From assembly GCA_010909165.1 (NCBI GenBank), contig MU008166.1:1612001-1676000 (forward strand): 64,000 bases of DNA, in the 5' to 3' direction. The notes under the pieces were generated by a model, which saw only the letters and a list, made by a program, of their open reading frames with translations, did no database searches and had not been told where the DNA came from. The stretch's first letter is position 1, and each line of letters opens with the position of its first letter. The translations under genes were made by a program, and so were the position numbers. Shown here in pieces: positions 12,880-25,104 of this stretch. This stretch comes from Anthoceros angustus (taxonomy: Eukaryota > Plantae > Anthocerotophyta).

Positions 12880-14110
12880 GGACTTGAGTCAGTCCTCGCC
12901 TCGGTCCGGGACCCCGTCAGTCCTCGCCTCGGTCAGGACCCCGGGTCGTCCTCGCCTCGAGTCGGGACCCGGTCCGCCTCGCCTCAGGAGTCCGGACCCC
13001 CGGGTCCGTCCTCGCCTCAGGAGTCCGGACCCCCGGGTCCGTCCTCGCCTCAGGAGTCCGGACCCTCCGGGGAACGGACCTCGTTACTTCCCTACACCGG
13101 GCCATCTTCCATCTTCCCATCTCGGCCCTCCTTCCTTTGGAGCGTTTTCCCTTACACCCCCCAAACCGGGTGCTGGGTGCGGGAGACCTACTTCTTGGTC
13201 CGCCGGGGCTTCTCCACCCGGCTGGCGTCTTCTCTCCGAGGGGCCCTCCTTGTTGCTGCTCTCATCTCCAAACAGGGCACCCAGGCTCCCTGCAAGCGCG
13301 TTCTCTCCCAACCCTTCCTCCCTCCAGGCTTCCTCCGACTCCTCCGGTGGCCCTATGGCCTCGGTCGGCTGGTGAACCGCACCCACTGCCTTCAGGAGCT
13401 CCGCGTGGTAGTAGGCGAAGTCCGAGTCGACCTGCTGTATGGCCTCCTCCAAATGAGCCCTCATGACTCGGTACTCGCGCCTCCACAGGTGCTCGGGCAG
13501 TCGAGCGTGTTCCTCCGCACGCTGGGCCATCCCTTCTCCAAGGTCTTCTAGCCGGGCCTTGGCGGCATCTCCGTAGGCCATTAAAGAAGCCTCGGCAAGC
13601 TCTTGAAGCCGCTGCTTCTCGTTGGCGCACTCCATCTCCTGTTCCCTCCGGAGGGCGGCCAATTGGTCTATTAAGGCCCGGGATTCCCCCTCCACTCGGC
13701 GCAGATGGACCAGCAGCTCTTGTTCCTCCTGCTTCCACTGGTGCTAGTCCGTCACCTGCTGACTTAGGAGCCCCATCTCCCTCTGGAGCCGTTCCGAGAG
13801 TTATCAGGTGGGTGGCCTCGGCGAGCTCCTTCTTGAGCTCGTCGATGTCCAACTGCTTGCTCCTCCGGTGGTCTTCCTCCACCCTAAGCCAGAGTTGGAG
13901 CCGTTCCACCTCCCGCTCGTGGTCCTCAATCCGGCCCTGGAGGATCTCGTTCCTCTCCTCCACCTCTCGAAGCTGTAGCTCTAGGGTCTCCTTCTCGCCT
14001 TCCGTCTATTTTCGCGCCTTGTCAGCCCCCTGGAGCTTCGTCTGGAGGTCTTTCATCACCCCCAACCGCTCCTGCATCTCCACTCCATGGGCCGTGCGTG
14101 CTTGCTCCGA
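12880..14110 (-). mobile_element. Degenerate retroelement-like coiled-coil ORF with a 33-bp tandem repeat at its 3' end
   Basis: Frameshifted E/R/L-rich coiled-coil ORFs (13262-13963, 13084-13695) and CGTCCTCGCCTCAGGAGTCCGGACCCCCGGGTC repeats at 12880-13065. No catalytic motif, so the class is inferred from context. Confidence 0.35.
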
Positions 14111-14223
14111 TTACACCAAACTTAAATAAAACAAAAAAACTCCCATTAATCATTCCTAAGGGGGAGTCAAATGTCCTTTCCTTGTCCACAACTGCTCAGT
14201 TTTTGGGTCGTTATTTTAACTGT

Positions 14224-15260
14224 GGCCGCTTTGGCCATACGGCTTCTGTGTGTTGTAGTGTGCATGGACATGGACGGGGGCGCCGAGTGTGGGCGTCTTC
14301 ACCAGGCCGTGCTGGATGGACGCCCTCAGGATGAAGCAAGGCCTCCCGATCCATAAGTTCCCAAGCAAGTCCCGCCGGGGGTGCCATTGTTAAGGTTGCT
14401 CCTATCTTAACAGAAGGGTGCATACATTTGCATTGATGTATCTACAGGGTCGGTAACTACCTACAGGACGGTATGTATGGCATGTTAGGCTATACTCAAG
14501 ACTGGCAACAACAGACTGTACCAAACACTCATAAACATATATTCTTTATGCAGTGTATGTAGCATGCAGGCAACAATGCAGATGGACGGGCATACACATC
14601 TACACACAAGACATAGCACTCAATCAGTGCATAGGGTGCAAGGACACAGCTGTAACAACGTTAGTGACTGCTGAGCTTGCTTCTCGTCAGAGGAACACTA
14701 CTAATGGCTGGTTGTCTCCTTGTGATGGACTACCACACGATATACTTTTAAGCATGGCCGCTTTGGCCATACGGCTTCTATGTGTTGTAGTGTGCATGGA
14801 CATGGGCCAGGCGCCAGTGTGGGCGTCTTCACCGGTATCTTTGGATGGACGCCCTCAGGATGAAGCAAGGCCTCCCGATCCATAAGTTCCCAAGCAAGTC
14901 CCGCCGGGGGTGCCATTGTTAAGGTTGCTCCTATCTTAACAGAAGGGTGCATACATTTGCATTGATGTATCTACAGGGTCGGTAACTACCTACAGGACCG
15001 TATGTATGGCATGTTAGGCTATACTCAAGACCTGCAACAACAGATCGTACTCAAACACTCATAAACATATATTCTTTATGCAGGTATGTAGCATCACAGC
15101 AACAATGCGGATGGGCGGCATACACATCTACACAAGACATAGCACTCAATCGGTGCATAGGTGCAAGGACAGGTAACAACGTTAGTGAGCTTGCTTCTCG
15201 TCAGAGGAACACTACTAATGGCTGGTTGTCTCCTTGTGATGGACTACCACACGTATACAC
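14224..15260. repeat. Imperfect tandem duplication, ~533 bp period
   Basis: GGCCGCTTTGGCCATACGGCTTC starts at ~14224 and ~14756; the copies are colinear. Confidence 0.85.
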
Positions 15261-15825
15261 AGCTTAAGCTACTGTACGGTTAAATGAACAGAGACTCCAG
15301 CTCTAATGCCAGGGTTGTGGCCAATATACCAATGCAAGGGGCTAGGAAGGCAAGCCAAGGGCTTGCTCCTGTGTGATTGCCATAGAGTTCTGAATAGAAT
15401 ACCAATTTAAAGGGTGCCTTTAGGCACCCCTTCTAAGGCATCCTTTCACGCGCTTGTCTAATGACTACTTCCTCGCTGATTGTAAATGTACACACCTTTT
15501 TACAACACGCCCATAATTAATGCCCTAGATGCCCGGCCATACACTCACTGACATTCATAGCTACTCCTAACATCAAAGAAACGCTATAAAATCCTGGACC
15601 TAACAAGACCTTTTATTATCACCTGGGTAATATGGTAACCGATCTATCTATATCCCTCCCCCATCCATATCTTATTTCGATGCACTCTTCTACATACTCC
15701 CGTCCCATCTCTATGCTCTCCAAAAAAATGGAAGACTTGTAAGACATGTTCTACCCACAAAATTGGCAATCGAGCTTCCACCGCCCATGCCCACAACTCC
15801 AATAGCACTGCTGAGGATGATCACC

Positions 15826-15955
15826 ACCTTTTGCTGCTAAGATGATGATCACCACCTTTTGATGATCACCACCTTTTGCTGCTGAGATGATGATCACCAC
15901 CTTCTACTACTGAGATGATGATCACCACATTCTGCTACCGAGAATGATCACCATG
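15826..15955. repeat. Short tandem repeat GATGATCACCACCTTTTGCTGCT(G/A)A
   Basis: About 5-6 imperfect copies. Confidence 0.8.
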
Positions 15956-17402
15956 TATGTGGTTTGTGTGACTTGCGTTTGGAGATTGAGTGCCTCACTC
16001 TCATGGCAGACACCATGGGTGCACGTGATAACTTTGAGGGTCAAATTGACGGTGAGCTGGAACATGAGCTTCTTGAATCATTCCATTTTGATTGTCTATC
16101 AATGAAGCTTCCTAAAGTGCATTACTATGCTGCTGGTTGACTCTGTCAGCCTTTGTTGCTAATGTTGCGGGAAGCATTAGAGTTGAGGAGCGTTCACGAC
16201 TTTGGCCATTGTTGCAAATAGTACGGGAAGCATTAGAGTTGAGGACGATTATCACTGGCAGCTTGGAAAAATATGTTTTCTATAAGGGAAATCAACTCCA
16301 TTTTGGAAGACAAGCTTATGTGGAGCTCAACTCTTCATTGCGAAATGACAAGCATATGAAGCATTTGCCTACCTTAGGAAAACGACGACAAGCCCAGACA
16401 GGACTATAATTAAGGTATTCATGTCATGGGCACTTCAACCTTCATTTCAATTTTGAGAAGGGTATTGTCCCCTTTGCCTACCCTAAGAAAACAACGACAA
16501 GCGCATACAAGACAATAATTAAGGTATTCATGTCATGGCACTCCAACCTTCATTTCAATTTTGAGAAGGGTATTGTCCATGTTTATATGCAAAACAATAT
16601 AACTCACACAGGTGTGCACAACTTCACTTCTAAAATGATAATTATGATTTAGCATGAAAGCAATTCATTAGAGAAGAACAAAGAGCCTTATGAAAACACT
16701 TCTCTTTTTATCTATCCTTTTTGTTATTAATAGCCTTCAAATTTGTTGTGGGACGTTAGTCTTGGAGAACCTTGGGAGAATTGGGAAAAAACTTATGTAC
16801 GAAAAACTGGCATAACACGAAAGGTATCTCGTATGGCAATTACCAGTAATTCAAAGCTCAATTAGGTAGATTGAACCACTGGACTGGACTACTTGACTAT
16901 ACTTATGGTTGTTTGGTAACCCTGCTCTCCGGTTACGCACACCGCAGTTAGACTTTCCGGTGACTTCGGCGGAACAAGACGCCGAACCGGGCCAGGTGCT
17001 CTGTACCGGGAAAAGGCTCAAACGCGAAATCCGGCCCAGGAAAGCCCCCGGGCACCTGGCTGCCTGGCACTACAAAGGCAGAGTCCAAGTCAGCTGGTGT
17101 ACATCGAACCTCTCGTGAAGGCTCAGGTGAGGCGGTGACGTGCTTCAGGACATTGTGGCTGCGCCGGCGTCTTCGGCTGCGGCGGAGCGTTGTTTTTCTT
17201 TCTGCGCCGGCGCCGATTCCAGCGCTCGCAGGTGAGATTTCTGCAGACAAGCGGTGATTTGGAAATTTGGCAGAAGAAAGTTCCGAGGAATGAAATTTCC
17301 TTCTCAGTCTCCTGCTCTGGCTATGGTGTGTTTGTACGGGGAAGGCCTGGTGAGGTTTTGAGCGGGCTGGCTCCTGCTTTGTGGCTTTCAGAATCGGGAG
17401 CT

Positions 17403-19524
17403 ATGGCGGAGAACGGCGGGGCAAACGGGGAGCTTGGGAATGCACACACCGGCAGCTGCTGCCATGCCGGGCCCGGTTACGCAACTCCCTTGGACGCCAT
17501 GCGCGGGCCGCGGGAGACCATACTCTACGTCACGGCTGTGTACACCGGTGAGTGACTTGAGCCTGGGAGATGTTCGGGTTGGGAGCAAGTGTTGGACTGG
17601 CCGGGAAGATTTTTTTTATTTCCTATGCTTTTGTGGCTCTTTGTAGGGACGGGTATAGAGCAGCCGGATTATCTGGCGACGATAGATGCGGATCCCAAGT
17701 CGGCTACCTACTCGCAAGTTATTCATCGAACTCCGGTGAAGTACTTGAATGACGAGCTGCATCATACGGGGTGGAACGCATGCAGTTCTTGCTACGACGA
17801 CGCTTCTGCTCAGAGGCGGTTCTTGGTGCTGCCTAGCCTCGTGTACGTGGAAGGAAGCTCGTTGCTGGTTTTGCTACGAAGGTTGTTCTGTGGTGTGGTG
17901 TTGTGCGCGTACTGAGGCTAATGGAATGTTTTTTTAGCTCTTCGCGGATTTATGTTATTGACACGAAGGATCCCCGAGCGCCTGTCGTGCACAAGATAGT
18001 CGAACCGGAAGATATTGCAAGCAAGACAGGCCTGGCGTTTCCTCATACTTCCCATTGCTTGGGATCGGGGGATATTCTGGTCTCCTGCCTTGGAGATCCG
18101 GAGGGTAAGGCAGAAGGTGCAGGGTTTCTGCTTCTGGACTCTAAGTTCAACGTGAAAGGAAGGTAGGGTGCGTGCTTTTGCATGCATTGAGGAGGGTGAT
18201 GTGCTTCTGCTTGAACCCTATTCTTAATGTGAGGTGTCTTAATGTGTTTTTTGGCAGGTGGGAGAAGCCAGGCCACAGTCCAGCTTTTGGTTATGACTTC
18301 TGGTATCAGCCTCGTCACAAGACGATGATCAGCTCTTCCTGGGGCGCACCCTTAGCATTCACCAAGGGATTCAACCCTGCCCATGTTGCTGAAGGCCTTT
18401 ATGGGCGACATTTGTTTGTGTATGACTGGCCTGAAGGGACACTTAGGCAAACGTTGGATTTGGGGCTCCCTGGTCTCATACCATTGGAGGTATGTTGCTT
18501 CGATCTTCCTGAAAGCTAAGCACAAGTTTTCCTTCTTCCGTTGTTGGTTTCTTGAAGTCCTGAGCTATTCTATTGTAAATAGGTGCGTTTTCTGCATGAC
18601 CCGAGCAAAGATACGGGGTTTGTGGCGGGGGCATTGTGCGGTAACTTGATCAGGTTTTTCCACAAGGGTGATGGTGTTTGGGATCATGAGGTATGCAGCT
18701 GGCCAGAGGTTATAAAGGCTTGATTTTCTTTCCTGTCAAGATGGAGTTTGCAACTTCTAACTAGGCCAGCCACGGTTGTAGCATTGCAGAGACTTACACA
18801 CCTCATCCTGTCTTCTGCTACTGTTCATGAACAGGTTGTTCTGTCGATTCCCAACTTCAAAGTTACGAACTGGCTGCTACCGGAGATGCCTGCTCTCATC
18901 ACCGATTTTGTCATCTCATTGGATGACCGTTATTTGTATTTGGTTGACTGGCTTCATGGTGATATCCGGCAATATAACATTGAAAACCCATCCAAACCGT
19001 TCTTGGCCGGGCAGATCTGGGTTGGTGGGCTCCTGCAGAAGGGCGGCGATGTGTTTGTGGAGAAGGAAAACGGAGAACTCTGGCAGTCCACCGTCCCTGA
19101 GGTTCAGGTTAGTTTGGGAACCCTTTTTCAACTCGCAGTGGATGCCCTTCCATTTTTAACGAGGTCCCAAGTGATCATCAGATTCTTTGGCTTAAATTGC
19201 TGGTTTTTCTAACGTTCCATGGCTGAATGTGTTCGGTTGCAGGGACATAAGCTCCGAGGCGGACCTCAGATGATCCAGCTCAGTCTGGATGGCAAGCGGT
19301 TGTACGTGACAAACTCTTTGTTCAGTGCCTGGGACAATCAGTTTTACCCTAGCCTGGTGAAAGGTGGCTCCCACATGCTACAGCTGGATGTGGACACAGA
19401 GAAGGGTGGTCTTTCCATCAACCAGGACTTCTTTGTTGACTTCTCCAAGGAACCTCATGGTCCTTCTCTGGCTCACGAGGTTCGGTATCCAGGGGGCGAC
19501 TGCACGTCAGATATCTGGCTTTGA
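17403..19524 (+). CDS. SBP1: Selenium-binding protein (SBP56 / methanethiol oxidase family), 7 exons, ~486 aa
   Basis: Exons 17403-17547, 17647-17842, 17938-18162, 18258-18489, 18583-18690, 18835-19107 and 19243-19524, all with GT-AG borders and in frame. Motifs [66 protein letters not shown] and GGDCTSDIW. Confidence 0.96.
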
Positions 19525-20759
19525 GACGCAGCATGTAGAGAAAAATTTGCAGCGTTTGTATCTGGTTTGGCAGATGGTTCGCCGTAAGTATTCGTGTGAC
19601 TTGCTTTGATTATAGTCTCCCCCGGCCAGACCACCTTCATGCTAGTATGAAGAGGTTGGCTGCTATCCCAAGCCAGATGCCTGTGCTTAACTATTGTTAA
19701 ATTGCAGATGGTTTTATGATTTCCTTCTGTCCTAAACTATCTGCATACGAAGTACCTAGCATGATTCTGAATGAAGAGGACGGCTGCTATCCTTGTACAA
19801 ACTTCACATTCTTCTGTGCCTATTTGCTGCGCTAATAACCGGTTTTCTAGCAAAACTTTATGTCACTGTGGCAAGAGCCTTCTGAAGTCTTGCAGGTCGA
19901 TCTTCTGCAGGCTCGGACATTGAACTGCAGAAGACCCTTCCGAAAGCTTGGAGTTCGACCTTGTGAAAGCTCGGACATCGAACTCCACACGCATCTTAGC
20001 GACAGCTACGGTTTGCTACCACGTCAACCTGTTTTCAAAGCCTGCAATGTTCCATAAGGCTGCGTCGTCCACCAAGGCGACAGCTAGCTAGGGTTCGCTA
20101 CCACGTGGTTAACCTGTTTTCAAAACCCTTCAATGGAAAGCTTGCTCCCTCCATGGTCTTCCAGTTGGAACAACCTTATCGCAACACGTAGAACAGAACC
20201 TCGTCAGTCTACCAAGGAAGCGCGACGACAGGCAACCCAAACTTCCACCTTCATTCTATCACTGCTCTGTCCAGCCACACCGCAGATTCTGCATCGGATC
20301 CAACACGATTTCCATACATCATATAGTGAATTCCTCAGTCCAAGGCACATTCCAAGACGCTGTAGGACTCGCACAATGTACTGTAATGATATGAAATGAA
20401 ATGTGGAAGCGGCTTGAAATGTGGAACCCGCTGTGTGAATGTTGCTGAGAGGAGTGATGGAGGTGCATGGATGACTTGAGAGGCATGTAACAAACGAGAT
20501 TGTAGTGGATTCCGATTGAGCACTTCGGGATTCCAAGAGTTGTGCTCGAGGGCTGCAATTAGAAGCATCACACCGCTTGTTGTTTATCTTACAGTGTACG
20601 GTCTCTCAAAACAAAACCCTTCCCCTTCTTCATCTACATCGGGGTTACACTTGTTACATTTCAAGAACGCCAAAGGGGACTTCAGGCCCCCCATGTTCAG
20701 TCCAAATTTTCAGGAAGCTTCCACCTTCATCCGATTGAACCTCCGGGGCGCCGGGGCTC

Positions 20760-22267
20760 CTAGTAGCCTGTAGGATAGGCTTCAGGTATATCTTTCGGCT
20801 CGGGTTCCGCAGGTAGAGGCCCCAGAGCGACAGTCACATCCACAAACAGCATTGCATCGTATCTGTTGGCCAAGGATGTGGGCACATAATTGCCCCACCT
20901 CTCATGTACCGGGTTATACACCACACCGATGGCCCTATTGCCCCGCACCTCCGCCAACGGCCCTTTCTTGTGCTTGTTAGACTCAAACGAGAAGGCCACA
21001 CCCTCCGCCTCCATCTGCATCGCTACAGCATGAAACTTTGCTTCCCAGCTCCCAGGCCGACCCGGCGGCACAGGCAAGACCTCCGTCAGCCCTCCCCATT
21101 GGTGGGACGCAACCACAGTGCCCTCGTAAGTGCTGAACCCTACCAGCTTCACGGCCTCCTCTCCGAACTGCTCCCTGGCCAGTCCTCCTAAATTGACCTG
21201 CCCTTGCCGCTTCATGCTGGTTGCCCTATAATCTCCGATATGCGTGTTGTGAGCCCAGACAATGCCCTTGGACTCCGGCCCGTAGTGATCCAGCAGCAAT
21301 TTCAGCGTCTCCATCATATGCCGGTCGCGCACATTCCACGACTTGTCGTCAGCCTGAATCATGCACCGGTAATAGGTCTCCGCGTTCTTCACGATGCGAG
21401 CATTCTGTACGGCATCGAAGAAGGCGCCGTGCTTGGCAGGCTCGATGCTGTCGAGCCGCTTCTGCAGCAGCTCCTGCAACGTCCTCACCACTCCCTCCCT
21501 GCATCCCTCTGGAAAGAAAATCAACGACCTGGCGTACTCCTGCTCGTCCTCCAGAAAAGGATCGAAACAGTCGTATCGCAGCTTCGCCTTCCTGGCCAAG
21601 GCTGGATCCACCTTCTCCAGTTCCGTCAAAGCTTCCTTGATGGAATCGAACAGCGAATAGACATCCAAGCCGTAGAATCCCACCCGCTTCTCAGGAGTGT
21701 CTACCTTCAGATTGTGTATCCTCATCCACCTCACCAGCTCCTCCACCTCTACATTACACCACATCCATGTCGGCCATCTCCTGCAAATCCAAAACCAGCC
21801 TTCAAGTTGATGATCCTTCCAGAGACATCCCTTTTCCATCATGGAGCATCAACTGAAGCCCGTCCTTCTTTGCAAATTTCTAGGAGTCCAACAAAGGCAG
21901 AAACGGATGTACCTACAACCTACTTGAAACAACGAAGGACTTCGTGCACTCTGCGCTTAAAAAGCAGGTCCTTGTTATGGAGGTTGAGATCTTGATCCAG
22001 CTCCATGTGGATGAATCGGTTGATGCGTTGCGAGGGGGGCCAATCTCCTTCGATAGCGATGAAATTGAATCCGTGCTTTTCCATGAGCTCCTGCGAGATG
22101 AGACGCCGCCACTCGTAGAATTCGTGTGTGCCATGAGACGCCTCTCCCAGCATCACGACTTTGGCACTCTTCACCCTCTTCACCAGGTCGCTCAGGTCCG
22201 CCACGGACTTGAACGGCTTGCCAACGCTTGCCAATTCCCTCACCAAGGTGGAGGCCGGTCGAGTCAT
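20760..22267 (-). CDS. Erythromycin esterase (Ere)-family protein, bacterial type, 2 exons, ~454 aa
   Basis: Exon 22267-21924, GT-AG intron 21923-21781, exon 21780-20760; splicing restores CFK-RWPTWMWCN. Motifs VMLGEASHGTHEFY, FIAIEGDWP, FYGLDVYS, SWNVRDRHM, IVWAHNTHIGD and RAIGVVYNP...GNYVP...YDA. An in-frame upstream ATG at 22384 is an alternative start. Confidence 0.9.
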
Positions 22268-23229
22268 GATCGCAAGCGGAATTCCAACGCAACAGACAAT
22301 GTTTTCTGCACGATGGATTGTGTGCCCCCAGGAGTAACCAAAATTCAGCATGCAACCTGCAGCTCCCTTGTTCAGGTAGGACATGCGCCACCCAATCCTC
22401 GCCTATTCTGTCCCAAGGACAGCGTCACTCGCGACAGCATCTGCATCAGAGCTACAGGCCGCCGCCAGGGGAACTGAACCAACACTACGCTACGCGTGTC
22501 GCCTGCCGTCTCCAGTGTCCCTAGTTCGAACAGCGCCGCCTTTACGTACTTAAAAAGAAATAAAATGATAGCATATTCTAAGTTTTTATTTTTCTATACA
22601 GGTATAAGAGATGGGTATTAACTGAGCCATGAGTAGCCCACCTGAGGCTAGACATGATGCCCTCGTCTTCTAATGTGCGAGGTCGTGAGTTGTTAGTACC
22701 CTACGGATTACTATAGATTATGAGCTTTACGTACGTATGCTCGGAAAACTTCTCCACACGACCTTCACATGCTCTCCGTATGAGCTTTGCATCTCCTTCT
22801 TGGTGTCTTGCTGTGGTAGCTGCAAGCACTTGCGTCCCATCCAAAGCAACAAGGAGGCAGACCCGGATAGAGCCGAGCGATTCTCAGACCTGGGCATGCT
22901 CGACGACGTGTTTTGATTCCATTCAACCTGGATCGCGACAACTACGGGCATAGTGATGGCGTCAGCATGTGACGGTTAGTGCGCGCGTGCTGCACTGGCG
23001 AGTGTCGTCACTTCCATGTGACTGAAGTACCAGCTTCAGTTAGTCACGGTCCTGCTGTATGTCGCCTGTGACATGAAACCGATGGCGTGAACCAGCTGAT
23101 GAGAGCGTTACGGCTTCCTTGCACTGCTTAAGTAATCGCACACCCTGACGAGCACACCTGCTGCCAGGCAAAAGCCACAAGAAGCTCTTGCAATTGATAG
23201 GCTCGAACAAGACTTGTAGTCCCGCAACG

Positions 23230-24539
23230 ATGGCTGAAGAAAAGCCTGATGTCTCGATTGCGGGACAGGTCCGCCTTCTGGAGCTTACCTTCCAGTTTGT
23301 GCAGTCGACAGCACTGAAGGCTGCCACACTGCTGCGGATACCAGACATAATAGCTGAGGCTGATGGACCGCTGTCTTGCGACGAAATTCTGCACAGGATC
23401 ACAGTCGATGAGGTGAGGGACGGGAAGAAGCGGAGTGCGGACTTCTTAGGGCGGATTCTCCGAGTGCTGGTGTCAGCGGGAGTTTTTTCTGCTACGCCAG
23501 ATCCTGATGACCGTGTTTCCAGCGGAGGTGGTAGGCAGGCTTTGCGCTATGGTCTGAACAACGTGTCAGAGCTCCTCGTGACCAAGAGCAGCGCCAGCTT
23601 GTCTCCATTCATTATGATGCAGCTCGATTCTCATTTCCTGGCACCATGGCAGAATCTGCATCGAGCAGTCCAGACAGGCGAATACGCCTACAGTCTGACG
23701 CACGGCAAGAACATGTGGGAGCATTGGACCGAGGAGCCTGCGCACCAGAAACTGTTCGACCAGGCCATGCAGGCTAGTTCTCGGGTCTTCCTGTCTTCCA
23801 TACTGAACAAGTGCAATCTCTTGTTCAAGGACGTGAAGGGAGTTCTCATGGATGTTGGAGGCGGGTTAGGGACATCCCTGTCTGTCATTCTGCCACGGTA
23901 TCCTCACCTGCGTGGTATCAATTTCGATTTGCCTGTTGTGGTAGCTTCAGCACCAGAGATCCCTGGTACATATGCTCCTCAAACCTCCCTTCCCGTGCAG
24001 TGGTAAATCCCGCTCGCTGGCAAGCATAACAATCTTGAAGTGGCACAAGTTTTCTAACAATCGTAGTAAGTGCTGTGGTGTGCAGGAGTCCAACATGTCG
24101 GAGGGGATATGTTCCAAGGCGTTCCACATTCCGACGCCATTTTCATGAAGGTAGCTACCTCTTCACTGCCTTTCACAGCTTGCTATTCAATTTGCATAAC
24201 ACCTTATCCCGACACCGACACGGAGGTGCTCTGTGGTGTGTGCAGTGGATTCTGCACGACTGGGACGATGAGAAGTGCATCCATATCCTTAAGAACTGCC
24301 ACAAAGCTTTGCCAGACGACGGCAAGCTCGTTGTGGTGGAGTCTATATTGAAGCCAGGCAACAACGACGTTCAAGCCAAGCTGGCAGAAGAATTGGATCT
24401 CTTGATGATCGCACACACTGAGGGCGGCCGGGAGCGGGAAGAATGGCAGTGGCGGCACCTCTTCGCCGAAGCTGGCTTCACCAGAGTGGACATCCTGGAC
24501 ACTGGCCATGTCCTGCATGTCGTAGAATTGCGGAAATGA
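23230..24539 (+). CDS. Plant class II (COMT-like) SAM-dependent O-methyltransferase, 3 exons, ~364 aa
   Basis: Exons 23230-23965, 24086-24150 and 24246-24539. Motifs LKAATLLRIPDII (dimerisation), MDVGGGLG, GINFDLP, GGDMF, AIFMKWILHDWDD and GGREREE. Confidence 0.95.
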
Positions 24540-25104
24540 AATGAGGAAGATATCTCGTGTCTCCTTCAAGTTCATCGTCGGTGTAAAAGCAAGCAAAGGC
24601 AAAGAGGCCGTCGTGTAGGTCGACCAAAACCCTAGAAAAGGATTAAGCAAAACAAGTGTGTGCCGAAGCCCGCGATGTCTGGCCGGTGTGCTGCGTGTCC
24701 GCCATGTATTGAACACCGCACAAATGAAAGGCAGAGTGATGAGCATCCCTGGAGCTTGTCCGAGGCAAGCCCCAGAGGGCAGGCGAGCGGCAGGTGCATG
24801 CATGGAAGGCAGAGAGGCGAGGTGACACGAGGGGCAATGAGAGCCCGCCACGGCAACGAGGCACTTGTCCCCTCCCGACTTGGCTTTTCACTGCGACCCC
24901 GTTATCTGCTCTCGGGCGGAGTAGAAATACCGTTCCCGCGGCAGATCAGGCACCCAAGTTTCTTCTCGACTCGAACGTTCTTTCCCGTCTCTTAGAGAGC
25001 TTCCGCTTCACGACTCCTACACTCTCCTGTCCCTTTCAGCTTCCGCTCCAGCAATCATTCTCGCGACAAGGCAACCCGTCTCGTACAGTTCTTCACTTCC
25101 GGCA

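Noticed and set aside
20760-22267. Bacterial contamination as the source of the Ere-like gene
   Set aside because: It has a canonical GT-AG intron that restores the frame and is contiguous with spliced plant genes. A chimeric assembly still needs a read check.
21204-22477. Plus-strand ORFs of 263 and 177 aa
   Set aside because: Antisense shadows of the esterase gene, with no motifs.
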